A DNA stretch of 64,000 bases, from NCBI GenBank assembly GCA_020619395.1, contig GCA_020619395.1_4860.1; one strand, given 5' to 3'. The first letter of the stretch is position 1, and the number at the start of each line of letters is the position of its first letter. A model generated the notes under the pieces. It saw only the letters and a list, made by a program, of their open reading frames with translations. It was not told the origin of the DNA and did no database searches. A program made the position numbers and the translations under genes. Source of the DNA: a phage. This document shows positions 8,281-17,836 of this stretch, piece after piece.

Positions 8281-10134
8281 TTACAGTTTGAAGTTGCTCA
8301 GAGACACGCCCAGACCGAAATCGGAACCGCTTGCAGACAGGCCGTTGCCAGACAGCGTGAAGTCTTCCCCACCGTTGTTGAAGAACAGAGAGGTCGCCAT
8401 CGTGTTGTAGGCATTTACACCAGTCATAGACCAGGTGCAGTTGTTACGGACGAAGTCCAGCAGGCATTTACCGAAGATCGGGTTGATAGCCATATCCAGA
8501 GATTCACCGGTAGCTTGCGGTGCTTTGGATGCGAACAGAGAAGCGGCCAGTTTCAGCATGTAGATACGCTGTTGACGCTCGTTCAGTTCACGGTGGCTGT
8601 AGGACTGTGCGTTCAGGTAGCTATAGACGTCGTTCGCGTTATCACCCAGTTTGGTAACAACGGAAATCAGGTCCATATCCTGGAAGCTACGTTTCTGTGC
8701 AGTACCGGTGTAAACACCGGAAACAGTCGGTACGGCTGCTTTCACGATGTGGCTGCAATGGATGGTACCATTGAAGGCATCGCCCAGCTGTGCTTTCAGT
8801 GCAGAAGCAAATACTGCAGTGAAGCTGGTCGCTGCAACAACTTCGCCGTTCTGATCACGCGGGGACATGGAATTCAGAATAGCGAGCAGCTGTTTCAGAG
8901 AGTTGTCGTAACCGACCGCAATTTCAGACAGCATAGTAGACAGACCACCCAGACCGTTACCGGCACGATGGCTAACTACCAGTGCTGCTTCACGCGGTGC
9001 GAACATATCCAGGCAACCTTCGATAGCTTCACGGCTACCGTCGATTTTGGATACATCAGGACGAGCGTCAGCACCCCAGGACAGGTATTCTGCCACACGG
9101 GAGAACTTGCGATCTTGTTTGTTCAGACGTTTCACAAACAGGTCACGCCAGCCACCGATTGCCGCGATTTCTGCAAATGCAGCCAGCAGCAGCAGTTGAC
9201 GTTCATACGGTGCCATTGCACCTTCAGTTTGAGAATCGACCAGACTTACTACGATTTCAGCCTGCAGCTGTTTCAGGTCGTAGACGCCGTTAACGACAGG
9301 CTTCTGACCGGTGAAACGCATGTTGACGAAACCAGTACCGGATACACGCGGATACACCTGTACCTGATTGGTGTCCAGCAGAGTCGGAGTGGCGTCGGAT
9401 ACGTTGCTTGGGCTGTGCTCAACGGTGATTGCGAAATCAGCACGTTGTGCGTGGCCGTTAGCATCCACAACCGCACCATCTTCCAGCGGCATTACTGCAG
9501 CCTGATAACGGTCATGCTTACGCAGGTTCAGCGTACCCAGGTAGCCTGCGATACGACCGAAGATGCCCATCATCATCTGACCCATCAGAGTACGTGCCCA
9601 CTCAGCATCCAGAACTTTACCCAGGTCTGGTACGGAGTTGATGATCATGAAGTTCGCATTGGTCAGACCATGCGCTTCCATGATGTTTTTCTGTACTACT
9701 GCCAGCACGTCTTTGTTGAACAGTTCAGTGATGGTGTAGTAGTCTTCCTGGCCGTTGTTGGTAGTTTCTTTCAGACGCAGAGACTGACCGCGTTCAAAGA
9801 AGATAATACCGTACAGCCAGTGGCCCTGCCATTGGCCTGCGACATACGCCGCGGAACCCATTTCGTTACCCACGCCGGCGATGGTGCCCCAGCGGAACGC
9901 GTTGAGGTATTCGTTGCTTTTCTTCAGCTCGTCCAGGAGGTTGACGAAGTGCATTGCATAGGTGCTGATGTTGCGGATGCCAAATGCGTTATCGAATTGG
10001 CTGACAGTAGAAGTACCCGGCACAGCAGTTTGCACTTTTACAGTCTCGTTGCCCAGACCGCCCAGTGGTGCGGTGTCTTGAGTCTGAGTGTTGTTCTGCT
10101 GAGCGTTGTTGTTAGAGTCAACGATTTTTACCAT
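8281..10134 (-). CDS. abundant early or structural protein (617 aa); candidate phage-nucleus shell protein (chimallin), alternatively a capsid protein
   Basis: stand-alone unit with its own promoter-like motif, conserved leader TTAAGGAATATTTAAA-ATG and terminator; adjacent to the beta-prime-like gene as in the phiKZ gp54/gp55 arrangement recalled from memory; no sequence motif confirmed. Confidence 0.35.
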   Translation of the reverse strand: MVKIVDSNNNAQQNNTQTQDTAPLGGLGNETVKVQTAVPGTSTVSQFDNAFGIRNISTYAMHFVNLLDELKKSNEYLNAFRWGTIAGVGNEMGSAAYVAGQWQGHWLYGIIFFERGQSLRLKETTNNGQEDYYTITELFNKDVLAVVQKNIMEAHGLTNANFMIINSVPDLGKVLDAEWARTLMGQMMMGIFGRIAGYLGTLNLRKHDRYQAAVMPLEDGAVVDANGHAQRADFAITVEHSPSNVSDATPTLLDTNQVQVYPRVSGTGFVNMRFTGQKPVVNGVYDLKQLQAEIVVSLVDSQTEGAMAPYERQLLLLAAFAEIAAIGGWRDLFVKRLNKQDRKFSRVAEYLSWGADARPDVSKIDGSREAIEGCLDMFAPREAALVVSHRAGNGLGGLSTMLSEIAVGYDNSLKQLLAILNSMSPRDQNGEVVAATSFTAVFASALKAQLGDAFNGTIHCSHIVKAAVPTVSGVYTGTAQKRSFQDMDLISVVTKLGDNANDVYSYLNAQSYSHRELNERQQRIYMLKLAASLFASKAPQATGESLDMAINPIFGKCLLDFVRNNCTWSMTGVNAYNTMATSLFFNNGGEDFTLSGNGLSASGSDFGLGVSLSNFKL

Positions 10135-10180
10135 TTTAAATATTCCTTAATAGTGATTGCAATCATAGTTCGGTTCGCAG

Positions 10181-10195
10181 AGATAATATCTGCCT
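10181..10195. promoter_or_regulatory. promoter-like motif AGATAATATCTGCCT, 47 bp upstream of the minus-strand start at 10134
   Basis: member of the recurrent AGATAATATC family in a divergent intergenic region. Confidence 0.4.
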
Positions 10196-10273
10196 GTAAT
10201 TTCATGGAATGCAAGTACGCCGTCGCTTACTTACAAGGCACATAGTCCAGACATTTCTCAGGAACTGTCACAT

Positions 10274-10288
10274 AGATAATATCAATCT
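10274..10288. promoter_or_regulatory. promoter-like motif AGATAATATCAATCT, upstream of the plus-strand gene at 10341
   Basis: second copy in the same divergent intergenic region. Confidence 0.4.
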
Positions 10289-10340
10289 GAGATATTTTTG
10301 ACTGTGACTGACTTCCTATGTGGAATCTAAGGAGTCTGCC

Positions 10341-11408
10341 ATGTTCAGCCAAGCCGAGTTAAACCAAGTGGCCATAAAGGGTCACAGCACGGACCCCTCC
10401 GCTATAACATTAGCGGCTCACGTAAAAAACAACAGCCAGCGTATACGCAACTACTACGAACAGCTTAATCGCAGTGCTGGTAATGGCCATTTGTTGCAAC
10501 AGGTGTTGTCTGCCATCGGCTATGCCGGTGAACCAGAGTACGAAGACATCGAATGGGCTTGCCGTCGCAAGCTTGTTCAGATTGGTAACGCCTTACGCTT
10601 GACGTCTGTTGGTGAGTACGGTCAAATCTTTAATAGCAAGTTTATCCAGGGCCAAGATGAGGTAATCTCTCTCGTAGCCCGCCCAGTAAATCCAGACCTT
10701 TCGTTCCGCGACTACACCCCCGCCCGTTACCTCTACCATGAGTATACCAACCTCAATTGGAAGTTCGGTGACGGACGGCCCCGAGGTGTTACGGTGATCG
10801 AAATCAACCTGGTTGCTTTGCTTTGGCAATATGTCAAAGGTCAGCAACACTACAGTCGCGGTACCGAACCTATTGCCACACCTGTGTATCTCCAACGACA
10901 TGTGATCTCTCGCATGTTGCCGAGCTACATGGATATCGCCTTTGTAAATATACATCGTGCGATAGCCTTCGGGAAAGAGATTGAACCGGATGAAACATTA
11001 CGTGTCATTCCTGTTCCACCGCTTCAAGCTTTAGCTGTGAAGCACGCAAAAGGCATCCGTAGTAAACTACTGGCTGCCAACCCGTTACCGGGACAAGTCT
11101 TAAACAACATCCCATTGTTCTTCCAACACCCTGATGAAGAAGGCCACACAGCACTGGAACTGATTGTCTTTCGAGAACCAGGTCAAACACTGCAGAACAC
11201 CTGGCACCAGAACATGGTGAACTGGTACTGGGCACTGTTTTGTCTTCAATACAACCAGGGGAATATGGAAAAGCATAAACGTACGATGTTGGTTGATTTG
11301 GCGCGTTATGTGGACTCTAAAGTCCTCACACGTCTGACCAAATCCTTCTATAACTTTATCCAACGGGATTTGATTATCCCGTTGACGACAGAGCTAGAAG
11401 AAAAATAA
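10341..11408 (+). CDS. hypothetical protein (about 355 aa)
   Basis: ATG at 10341 preceded by AAGGAG; the listed ORF begins at an upstream GTG; followed by a UUCG-loop terminator. Confidence 0.6.
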   Translation: MFSQAELNQVAIKGHSTDPSAITLAAHVKNNSQRIRNYYEQLNRSAGNGHLLQQVLSAIGYAGEPEYEDIEWACRRKLVQIGNALRLTSVGEYGQIFNSKFIQGQDEVISLVARPVNPDLSFRDYTPARYLYHEYTNLNWKFGDGRPRGVTVIEINLVALLWQYVKGQQHYSRGTEPIATPVYLQRHVISRMLPSYMDIAFVNIHRAIAFGKEIEPDETLRVIPVPPLQALAVKHAKGIRSKLLAANPLPGQVLNNIPLFFQHPDEEGHTALELIVFREPGQTLQNTWHQNMVNWYWALFCLQYNQGNMEKHKRTMLVDLARYVDSKVLTRLTKSFYNFIQRDLIIPLTTELEEK

Positions 11409-11458
11409 GACTTACTCTCTCCTCGCGAACACTCTTTCGAGTATTCATACTATATACA

Positions 11459-11500
11459 AAAACTACACACTTCGGTGTGTAGTTCTTTTTTTTATTTTTT
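11459..11500 (+). terminator. intrinsic terminator (ACTACACAC-TTCG-GTGTGTAGT hairpin plus T-run)
   Basis: perfect 9-bp stem with UUCG loop followed by a long T-tract. Confidence 0.65.
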
Positions 11501-11506
11501 GTCTGT

Positions 11507-11707
11507 CTAGTATTTTATCGTCTCCGTGAAGTCACTTGCGTATGGTTTACCCCACACAGTGATACTACGTTTCCGTTTGGCATCCAATGCCGTGATATGC
11601 ACCGTTTCGCCTGCCTGATGTAACTCAATATCCACGCAACCCCGTTCTTCGAGGTCGCGACGGATTGCGGTTATCATCTCTGTGGACTTCCCACTATTTC
11701 GATACAT
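11507..11707 (-). CDS. small hypothetical protein (66 aa)
   Basis: short ORF only. Confidence 0.3.
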   Translation of the reverse strand: MYRNSGKSTEMITAIRRDLEERGCVDIELHQAGETVHITALDAKRKRSITVWGKPYASDFTETIKY

Positions 11708-11763
11708 ACCCTTCCACCCCCGTAACGGTTATTGTTTGTGGTACACACGATCGTGACTTATTC

Positions 11764-14043
11764 TTACTCCTCCGCTTCTTCCCCATCCTCTTCCTCTCCA
11801 TCACGTTCAGATTTCTTAACGTACTCGCCGCTACCTAATTCTTCCTTGACCGAGTCTACGGACTCGCCGTAGTAATCCGAAAGCAGACGAGTTCTGTTCT
11901 TGTCCATCATGAAGACACCCAGACATTCCAGGATGTGATAGTAAGGTTCTACTGTGGAGAATGCGCTTCGACGTGTGTCTGCAGCATCAATCAGCTCCGG
12001 AGGAATACCGAAGTTTTCCACCAAGAACTCTGGCAGTATCAGAGTACGATAGGTGCGATAGTTGTTCTCTTCGAACCACCGTGTTGCAGTGGTCTTAATC
12101 ATCGGGTCTTTAATGTTTTCCAGCCACTCTTTAACGGCTGTTTTGTTCTCCAGGTTTACCGGAAGTTTCACGGCGTCATAAGGCGGTTCGTCCAGGTAGC
12201 CGTACTTCGGTCCAAAGATGGCGTTGTACATGCGGTGATAGTGGTAGCTCTTTTCATCATCTTCAGAGTACGCACTACGGTCTTTGACGTTGGTTGTTTT
12301 CAGGTAGCCTGCTTTACCAGCGCGAATAGAATCCACCACAACGTGCTCAATTGCAGCAACCTTTTCCAGCAGAGGCAGAATCTTAATCTTGTCACCACGT
12401 GCCACGATCTCACAGAGTTCTTTAATCGTGCGTTTGAACTCTTTCATGACCACCGGAGGAATGTTCGACGTACGTAAAGACACGCCCTTAACTTCTAACT
12501 CAGGGTCAGACTTCAACTGCCCTTCCTGGCCAGTGATGATGGAGAAATAGTGTTTTGCTTTCGTGGTTAACGCAAAGGAGTCGAACTTAAATTCGTTCTT
12601 CATTGCGTACAAAAACAGACGCTCTTTCGCCACACCGATATTCGCCGACATACTCGCCATCAGATGACGTAAGTGCTGGGTTGCGATATAAATCATCGCA
12701 TCCGATACGCGCGTAGCTTCACGACCGTAATGTTGGCCGGTATACCACTGCGCCCACCACTGTGCAGTCATCATCGTGGAGTCGGTATCAGACACCACGC
12801 CGACACGACGAACCACGTCGGGCATCCTGGCAATGTTGATTGGCAGGTTTTTGGTGGTCAGGATATTACGAATCAAGCACGCGTACTTACCGATGGTTTT
12901 CTGCAGATACACAGCTGAGCGAATCAGCTCTTTGTATTTTTCCTGCTTATCCCACGGTTCCGCTTTGTTCGTGTTTTCGTCTTTGAGTTTAACGTCAGAG
13001 AACGACTTACCTAACGGCACGATATCAGTACGGAACTGCGAGATAATGATCTGCATGTCACCGTCGATAGAGCGCTCAGCGGCATCCCAATCAGTGATCT
13101 CGTCTTCCATCTCCTCGGCAATCAGCGCGCCGATAAATCCGCGCATGAATTCATCGTTGTATTTCGCCAGGTGGTAGAAGTCACCCATGTAGACAAACGC
13201 TGCACGTACCAGCGGGCTACAATTACCGACGTAGTGACGAATGAACTCCAGCCCTTCGTCGTTACGGAAGTAAAACTCTGCAGAGTACATAACCACTTCC
13301 ATAACCTCGTCCACTGTTGGGTAGTGGAGGTTATAGAGTTCCATACACTTCTTGAACTCCGCAAAGTTAGTCAGTGTACCGATAGAAAGTAGGTGGTCGA
13401 TAACACGGGACGGCGTGTCGTAGTGACGATTACCGCCCAGTAGACGTTCGTTGCCCGCGTTACCGAACGATGTAGCCGTACGGCAGGTTGACGTCAATAC
13501 AGAGTGCGAGGACTGGTTAAAGATTACCGTGTACGGTGATGAGAATGCACCCGACATTCCGTTGTTCAACGTCTTAACAGCGTTCTGTTCGTTCTTTTTG
13601 TTAATACGCAGAACTTCATTACCCGCAGCACCTGCTGCGTACATCTCTTTCTTAACGACCGCACGCTTACGCACGTTCTCTGCGGTAAATTCAGCAAGCT
13701 TAGAGCGCTTGACGTGCTCAGGCAGATAAAAGGTCAGCGACGGTGCAGAAATAATCTGCTTATCAATCACTGTACGGAACAGTTTATCTACCGTGGTGTA
13801 TTTTTCTTCGCGATCGCCGGTCTTTTGATTGCGCACCCACATCTTACACACGGGGAATTCGTGTACTAACTCACCACCAGGTTGGAACATTTCTTCGACC
13901 TGCTGTCGACAGAACTCCAAAGAATATTTCCCGTTGGTGACGGTATGAATGTAGAGCGCCAGTTGTTCGTAGTACGCATCGATAACGTCAATGTCGCGAT
14001 GATACTCGTCTTGACTAAGACGAAATGGTGAATTGTAGTCCAC
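11764..14043 (-). CDS. large hypothetical protein (759 aa), acidic C-terminus; function unassigned
   Basis: long ORF; has VVSDTDS and KTLNNGMSG segments but no coherent polymerase motif set. Confidence 0.6.
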   Translation of the reverse strand: MDYNSPFRLSQDEYHRDIDVIDAYYEQLALYIHTVTNGKYSLEFCRQQVEEMFQPGGELVHEFPVCKMWVRNQKTGDREEKYTTVDKLFRTVIDKQIISAPSLTFYLPEHVKRSKLAEFTAENVRKRAVVKKEMYAAGAAGNEVLRINKKNEQNAVKTLNNGMSGAFSSPYTVIFNQSSHSVLTSTCRTATSFGNAGNERLLGGNRHYDTPSRVIDHLLSIGTLTNFAEFKKCMELYNLHYPTVDEVMEVVMYSAEFYFRNDEGLEFIRHYVGNCSPLVRAAFVYMGDFYHLAKYNDEFMRGFIGALIAEEMEDEITDWDAAERSIDGDMQIIISQFRTDIVPLGKSFSDVKLKDENTNKAEPWDKQEKYKELIRSAVYLQKTIGKYACLIRNILTTKNLPINIARMPDVVRRVGVVSDTDSTMMTAQWWAQWYTGQHYGREATRVSDAMIYIATQHLRHLMASMSANIGVAKERLFLYAMKNEFKFDSFALTTKAKHYFSIITGQEGQLKSDPELEVKGVSLRTSNIPPVVMKEFKRTIKELCEIVARGDKIKILPLLEKVAAIEHVVVDSIRAGKAGYLKTTNVKDRSAYSEDDEKSYHYHRMYNAIFGPKYGYLDEPPYDAVKLPVNLENKTAVKEWLENIKDPMIKTTATRWFEENNYRTYRTLILPEFLVENFGIPPELIDAADTRRSAFSTVEPYYHILECLGVFMMDKNRTRLLSDYYGESVDSVKEELGSGEYVKKSERDGEEEDGEEAEE

Positions 14044-14092
14044 GTCTGGCCCCTTGGTTTTTTACTCAGCTATAAGACTTGCGGGATACGTG

Positions 14093-14128
14093 AAAAAAGA
14101 AAAAAAATAACCCACTCCGAAGAGTGGG
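14093..14128 (-). terminator. intrinsic terminator (CCCACTC-CGAA-GAGTGGG on plus, UUCG loop on minus, then T-run)
   Basis: hairpin 14111-14128 with adjacent A-tract, downstream of the gene ending at 14135. Confidence 0.55.
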
Positions 14129-14134
14129 CTTACT

Positions 14135-14545
14135 TTAACCGGCAATACTCTCAACGATTTCAAAATCGACGTCATTGAAACCATTGGCAGCCAGGGCACG
14201 TTTAAGGTCGTCAATCTCCTGTTTGTTATCCAGGGTGACGGTGAAGCGCACCTTCGTGTTTTCGATAATCTGAACATCACGAATCCAGGCATCGGCAGCG
14301 ACTTTTGGTTTGCCGTCAACACCTTTGAAAATCAGATACGTGTATTTGTTCACATTATCTTCTGGCTGGGAAACAATGGAAGAGTAGATATTCTTCTGCT
14401 CCGCCATCACATCCATATAACTTTTGGCCATCTCGTAGCCAACGCCGGTTGCCAGAATAATTACACGCGTCTCTTGCCCTTTCAAAGGGGTGTCGTAAAC
14501 AATGTTAACTTTTTGCCCAGCGACCAGTGTGCGTAAATCGAACAT
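14135..14545 (-). CDS. hypothetical protein (136 aa)
   Basis: ORF in a tightly packed minus-strand block. Confidence 0.55.
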   Translation of the reverse strand: MFDLRTLVAGQKVNIVYDTPLKGQETRVIILATGVGYEMAKSYMDVMAEQKNIYSSIVSQPEDNVNKYTYLIFKGVDGKPKVAADAWIRDVQIIENTKVRFTVTLDNKQEIDDLKRALAANGFNDVDFEIVESIAG

Positions 14546-15144
14546 TATTCCTCCTCAGGAACATCAATAAGCAGCCTCATATCCAAAGCATTGGTCACTG
14601 GTGTTTTCGGGAAGTCCACCTTGAGAACCAACGTACGGATAGCGCCATTATGCGCCTCTAAGAACATCTTCACCGGCTCAACATAATGCGCCATAACTGC
14701 CTCCGTTACGGCGGTCGCCATTAGATCCAACGTGTAGTGCTTGAGCGTGGCCCAGTGTGAGCTGTCTTGCTCTTTGTACATCAACGCTAAATCTAACAAT
14801 GGTGTCAGCCCGTTAAAATGTGACTCGGTGCTGGCTTCCATTGCAACATTAAACTTCCACCGACGGTACTCGTCAGTCAGTAACGTAAAGAAGTCGTGCA
14901 AGAACGTAAGGTCGGTGCGAGGCAACATGCAACGAAACTCGTACGTATAGCTAGTCAGTGTTTCACGTATAAGTTCGTGTATCTCGTCCTGGTCCAATTC
15001 TTTTACGGGTATCTCCACGGTGATACGCGGCAGGCGGACTACGGTGTCAACCACCAAATCCAAAAACCGCATACCGTCCGGAAGATACCCCACGACCCCC
15101 AAGTCCACATTAATCAAGTGGTTGGCGATCACCTTGTAGATCAT
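14545..15144 (-). CDS. hypothetical protein (199 aa)
   Basis: ORF; stop/start overlap with neighbour. Confidence 0.55.
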   Translation of the reverse strand: MIYKVIANHLINVDLGVVGYLPDGMRFLDLVVDTVVRLPRITVEIPVKELDQDEIHELIRETLTSYTYEFRCMLPRTDLTFLHDFFTLLTDEYRRWKFNVAMEASTESHFNGLTPLLDLALMYKEQDSSHWATLKHYTLDLMATAVTEAVMAHYVEPVKMFLEAHNGAIRTLVLKVDFPKTPVTNALDMRLLIDVPEEE

Positions 15145-15153
15145 TCGTACTCC

Positions 15154-15585
15154 TTAACATTCAACACAGATGAGTGCGTTGCCAATTTCATTCATAAGGA
15201 GTGAAACCTTTGTCTTTTTTGCTCCGTCTTCTGGAGTCAAGCCAGCCATGCCCCACACACGTTCTATCACGGAAAGGATTTCATAGAACCGAACATCATC
15301 CTTAATCCCACTGCTCATGCTGTAGCAGTTTAGAGGCAGCACCTTTTCAGTACCCCACATCCCGCGCAACTGTTCCAGTATCAACGCAGGGTCTGGGGGA
15401 ATAAAAGTAAGAAAGTTCTTACCCTTACCTAGCCCATTAACAATAGAACGAACCGTTAATTCGGCGTAACTGGCCAGAAACAAATAAGCGACAGCGGGCT
15501 CGATCTCGCTAGTATCAGCAATCTCGGCCCGTGCCAACAACGACTCATATTTGAAGACTTCGCCTATGGTCATGTACAGTTTCAT
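15154..15585 (-). CDS. hypothetical protein (143 aa)
   Basis: ORF in series. Confidence 0.55.
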   Translation of the reverse strand: MKLYMTIGEVFKYESLLARAEIADTSEIEPAVAYLFLASYAELTVRSIVNGLGKGKNFLTFIPPDPALILEQLRGMWGTEKVLPLNCYSMSSGIKDDVRFYEILSVIERVWGMAGLTPEDGAKKTKVSLLMNEIGNALICVEC

Positions 15586-16070
15586 TCGCAGATTAACACC
15601 ACATCGTTAAAACTATCACCTACATACGTTTGATATCGACCCGGATACAGCGACTCTATCAATCCAGCGAAACCAGTTAAGTTTGTTAACTCTTCGACCA
15701 ACAAACTTACCGCAGCGCCGAAGGCAGCTTGATGTTGTTCGGGCGAACCTTGTGCTGCCAGAAACGTCGTATCGACAGACATTTCTTTAGCGAACTGGTC
15801 AACGGACAGACCATCGGTCACCAACTCCCAATTGCCCAGAGGTTCAAGCGTGTCTTCCTGTAACAAATCAACCATTGTCGATGGGTCACGAGTTTTCACA
15901 CCGATGATATACGCAAACGCAAAACGTTGATAAAAATCACGTATCTGCGTTTCATCAATCTCCAGGTTACTGGCTTCCAATACACGCAATGCTGCTTCGC
16001 GAACGTGCTCGTAAAACCGAGTCGCGCTATATTGGTTCGCAATATCCGCCACATCAAACAGAACGCTCAT
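15582..16070 (-). CDS. hypothetical protein (162 aa)
   Basis: ORF; 4-nt overlap with neighbours. Confidence 0.55.
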   Translation of the reverse strand: MSVLFDVADIANQYSATRFYEHVREAALRVLEASNLEIDETQIRDFYQRFAFAYIIGVKTRDPSTMVDLLQEDTLEPLGNWELVTDGLSVDQFAKEMSVDTTFLAAQGSPEQHQAAFGAAVSLLVEELTNLTGFAGLIESLYPGRYQTYVGDSFNDVVLICE

Positions 16071-16576
16071 ACACGACCTCCGAGATTACCGATAAGCAAA
16101 TCGATAACAGGCAGAAGTTGTGGGGTGATTCGCTCGTACGCTTCCTGGCTGGCAAACTGTGGGAATTTATCACCACCGTTATAGTCTAATAAGAATTCGA
16201 CATCCGCCGGATTGCGCGTTGTGTATTGTGCACCGACCCAACGACCGTAGTGAGTAAACCAATAAGGAGACTGCGATACGGCGGTCATATACGCACGACC
16301 GATGTTTTGAATTGCGGTGCCGTAAGTGATTACTTGCTCATTTTCCAACACAACGCCGTGCGCATTCAGTGTACGAGAAACAAACCCAAAGGTATTGTTC
16401 ATCATAAACTTTAACTCACTACCAATGGTTCCACGTTCCACGAAGCTCATGGCGGTATTGATTATCGAGTTCAAATCGTCATTCACTTCGCGGAGCACAT
16501 CGTTTGGCGAAAACTCCGTTAACGGCCCAGCCAATAACTGATAGCCGGGGATATAAAAATGAGATCGCTCAATCAT
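16067..16576 (-). CDS. hypothetical protein (169 aa)
   Basis: ORF in series. Confidence 0.55.
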   Translation of the reverse strand: MIERSHFYIPGYQLLAGPLTEFSPNDVLREVNDDLNSIINTAMSFVERGTIGSELKFMMNNTFGFVSRTLNAHGVVLENEQVITYGTAIQNIGRAYMTAVSQSPYWFTHYGRWVGAQYTTRNPADVEFLLDYNGGDKFPQFASQEAYERITPQLLPVIDLLIGNLGGRV

Positions 16577-16976
16577 TGTAAGTAACCCCTGTAGTTAACA
16601 TTTTCCAGACACCGTCTCCTACATGCCAGAGGAGAAAGTCGGATTGTGGTAAATAAGTCATGTCCTCGTCGATTGCTTGCCAGATGCAATCGGTGTCCCG
16701 TATCAACAACTCAAATCGACAAAGAGCCCAGTATTTTGCCGACGTGGTTGGAGTAATGATTGGGTTATCGTGAACATACTCCATAAAGAACTGGCGTATC
16801 ATGCTATCGATAACGCCATATTTTTTCCGCAGAACATGCAACCGAACAATTTGCTCGATATAGTCGTCAAGCTCTACCGCAGCATCCTGGTAATCGATGC
16901 CGAGATTCTCTTTGACGAGTGCGGTGAGTCGGCAAGTCAATCGCACGAACTCAGTATAAACCGTCATCATAGACAT
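16569..16976 (-). CDS. hypothetical protein (about 135 aa)
   Basis: ORF in series. Confidence 0.5.
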   Translation of the reverse strand: MSMMTVYTEFVRLTCRLTALVKENLGIDYQDAAVELDDYIEQIVRLHVLRKKYGVIDSMIRQFFMEYVHDNPIITPTTSAKYWALCRFELLIRDTDCIWQAIDEDMTYLPQSDFLLWHVGDGVWKMLTTGVTYND

Positions 16977-17262
16977 CTGTTACCTTACGTGGAATGAAAC
17001 GGAGAATTCTGTCTGCTTGATTATAATGATACCGATACCCTTTCGGAGGAATGCCCATTTCCTCACAGATAGCACGATGAACGTGTGACGCGATGGTGTG
17101 GATTTCCCGCGAATGACTTCTGGGACGATAACACCTAACAATCAGTGAGACTGTTTCTGTGTCCCACGCACCGTGTTCTGTAAATGTCGGAATCATGTAT
17201 TCGAGCATACAGAGAATGATATGCTTCAACCCCGTGTTAACATCATACATGCTGAACATGAT
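16951..17262 (-). CDS. hypothetical protein (start moved to internal ATG, about 104 aa)
   Basis: the listed ORF overlaps its upstream neighbour by 146 nt; internal Met removes the overlap. Confidence 0.4.
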   Translation of the reverse strand: MMFSMYDVNTGLKHIILCMLEYMIPTFTEHGAWDTETVSLIVRCYRPRSHSREIHTIASHVHRAICEEMGIPPKGYRYHYNQADRILRFIPRKVTDVYDDGLY

Positions 17263-17272
17263 GTCGCTGGGG

Positions 17273-17836
17273 TCATTCAATATCCTGACGTATGCCGTCG
17301 AGGCAATGTGATCGATCAGTACCAGACGGACGATATCGTTTGTTTGGGAAGCATTGGCGGTAGTGGATGAATCTGATGTCTTCTCCAATTTGTAACTCCA
17401 GAGATTGCACCTGCCCACGACGGGTTATGTGTGGTTCCAGTTTAATCGTCGCATAACGATTAAACGGGTGTTTGGCGGCTTTCACAGCATTCTCCACAAG
17501 CGCATGGATACTGTCCAGGAAACTGTTGTAACAGTCTTCGAATGCTAATCCGATAAGATATTCGGTAGAACGTAAAATCGCTACGGTCTCTTTCGTCTTA
17601 TTAACCGGAGTACCCAAACCGCCACTGGAAACGTGTGTACGTTCCACAGGAACTGTTTTCGGTGGAAGTATGATCTGGTCAGCCACCAACATCATCGTGA
17701 GATTAAAAGCGTCAGTATAAGGTTCCAGCAAAGGTTCCATACGTGCATTAGGCATTTCCGGAACGGAGTAAAAGATATCTTCGAGCGCAGTGTGTAACAG
17801 TTGTACAGTTAACATCTCGCGTTCTTTTTGGCTCAT
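17273..17836 (-). CDS. hypothetical protein (start moved to internal ATG, about 187 aa)
   Basis: internal Met abuts the stop of the upstream gene. Confidence 0.4.
   Translation of the reverse strand: MSQKEREMLTVQLLHTALEDIFYSVPEMPNARMEPLLEPYTDAFNLTMMLVADQIILPPKTVPVERTHVSSGGLGTPVNKTKETVAILRSTEYLIGLAFEDCYNSFLDSIHALVENAVKAAKHPFNRYATIKLEPHITRRGQVQSLELQIGEDIRFIHYRQCFPNKRYRPSGTDRSHCLDGIRQDIE

Noticed and set aside
8515-10245. 576 aa plus-strand ORF
   Set aside because: Fully antisense to the 617 aa minus-strand gene, which has a proper RBS, the conserved leader and a terminator; its Cys/His/Gln-rich composition is typical of a shadow ORF.
11764-14043. Family B DNA polymerase assignment for the 759 aa protein
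   Set aside because: Only a DTDS-like fragment is present; motif A and the exonuclease motifs were not found and the spacing is wrong.
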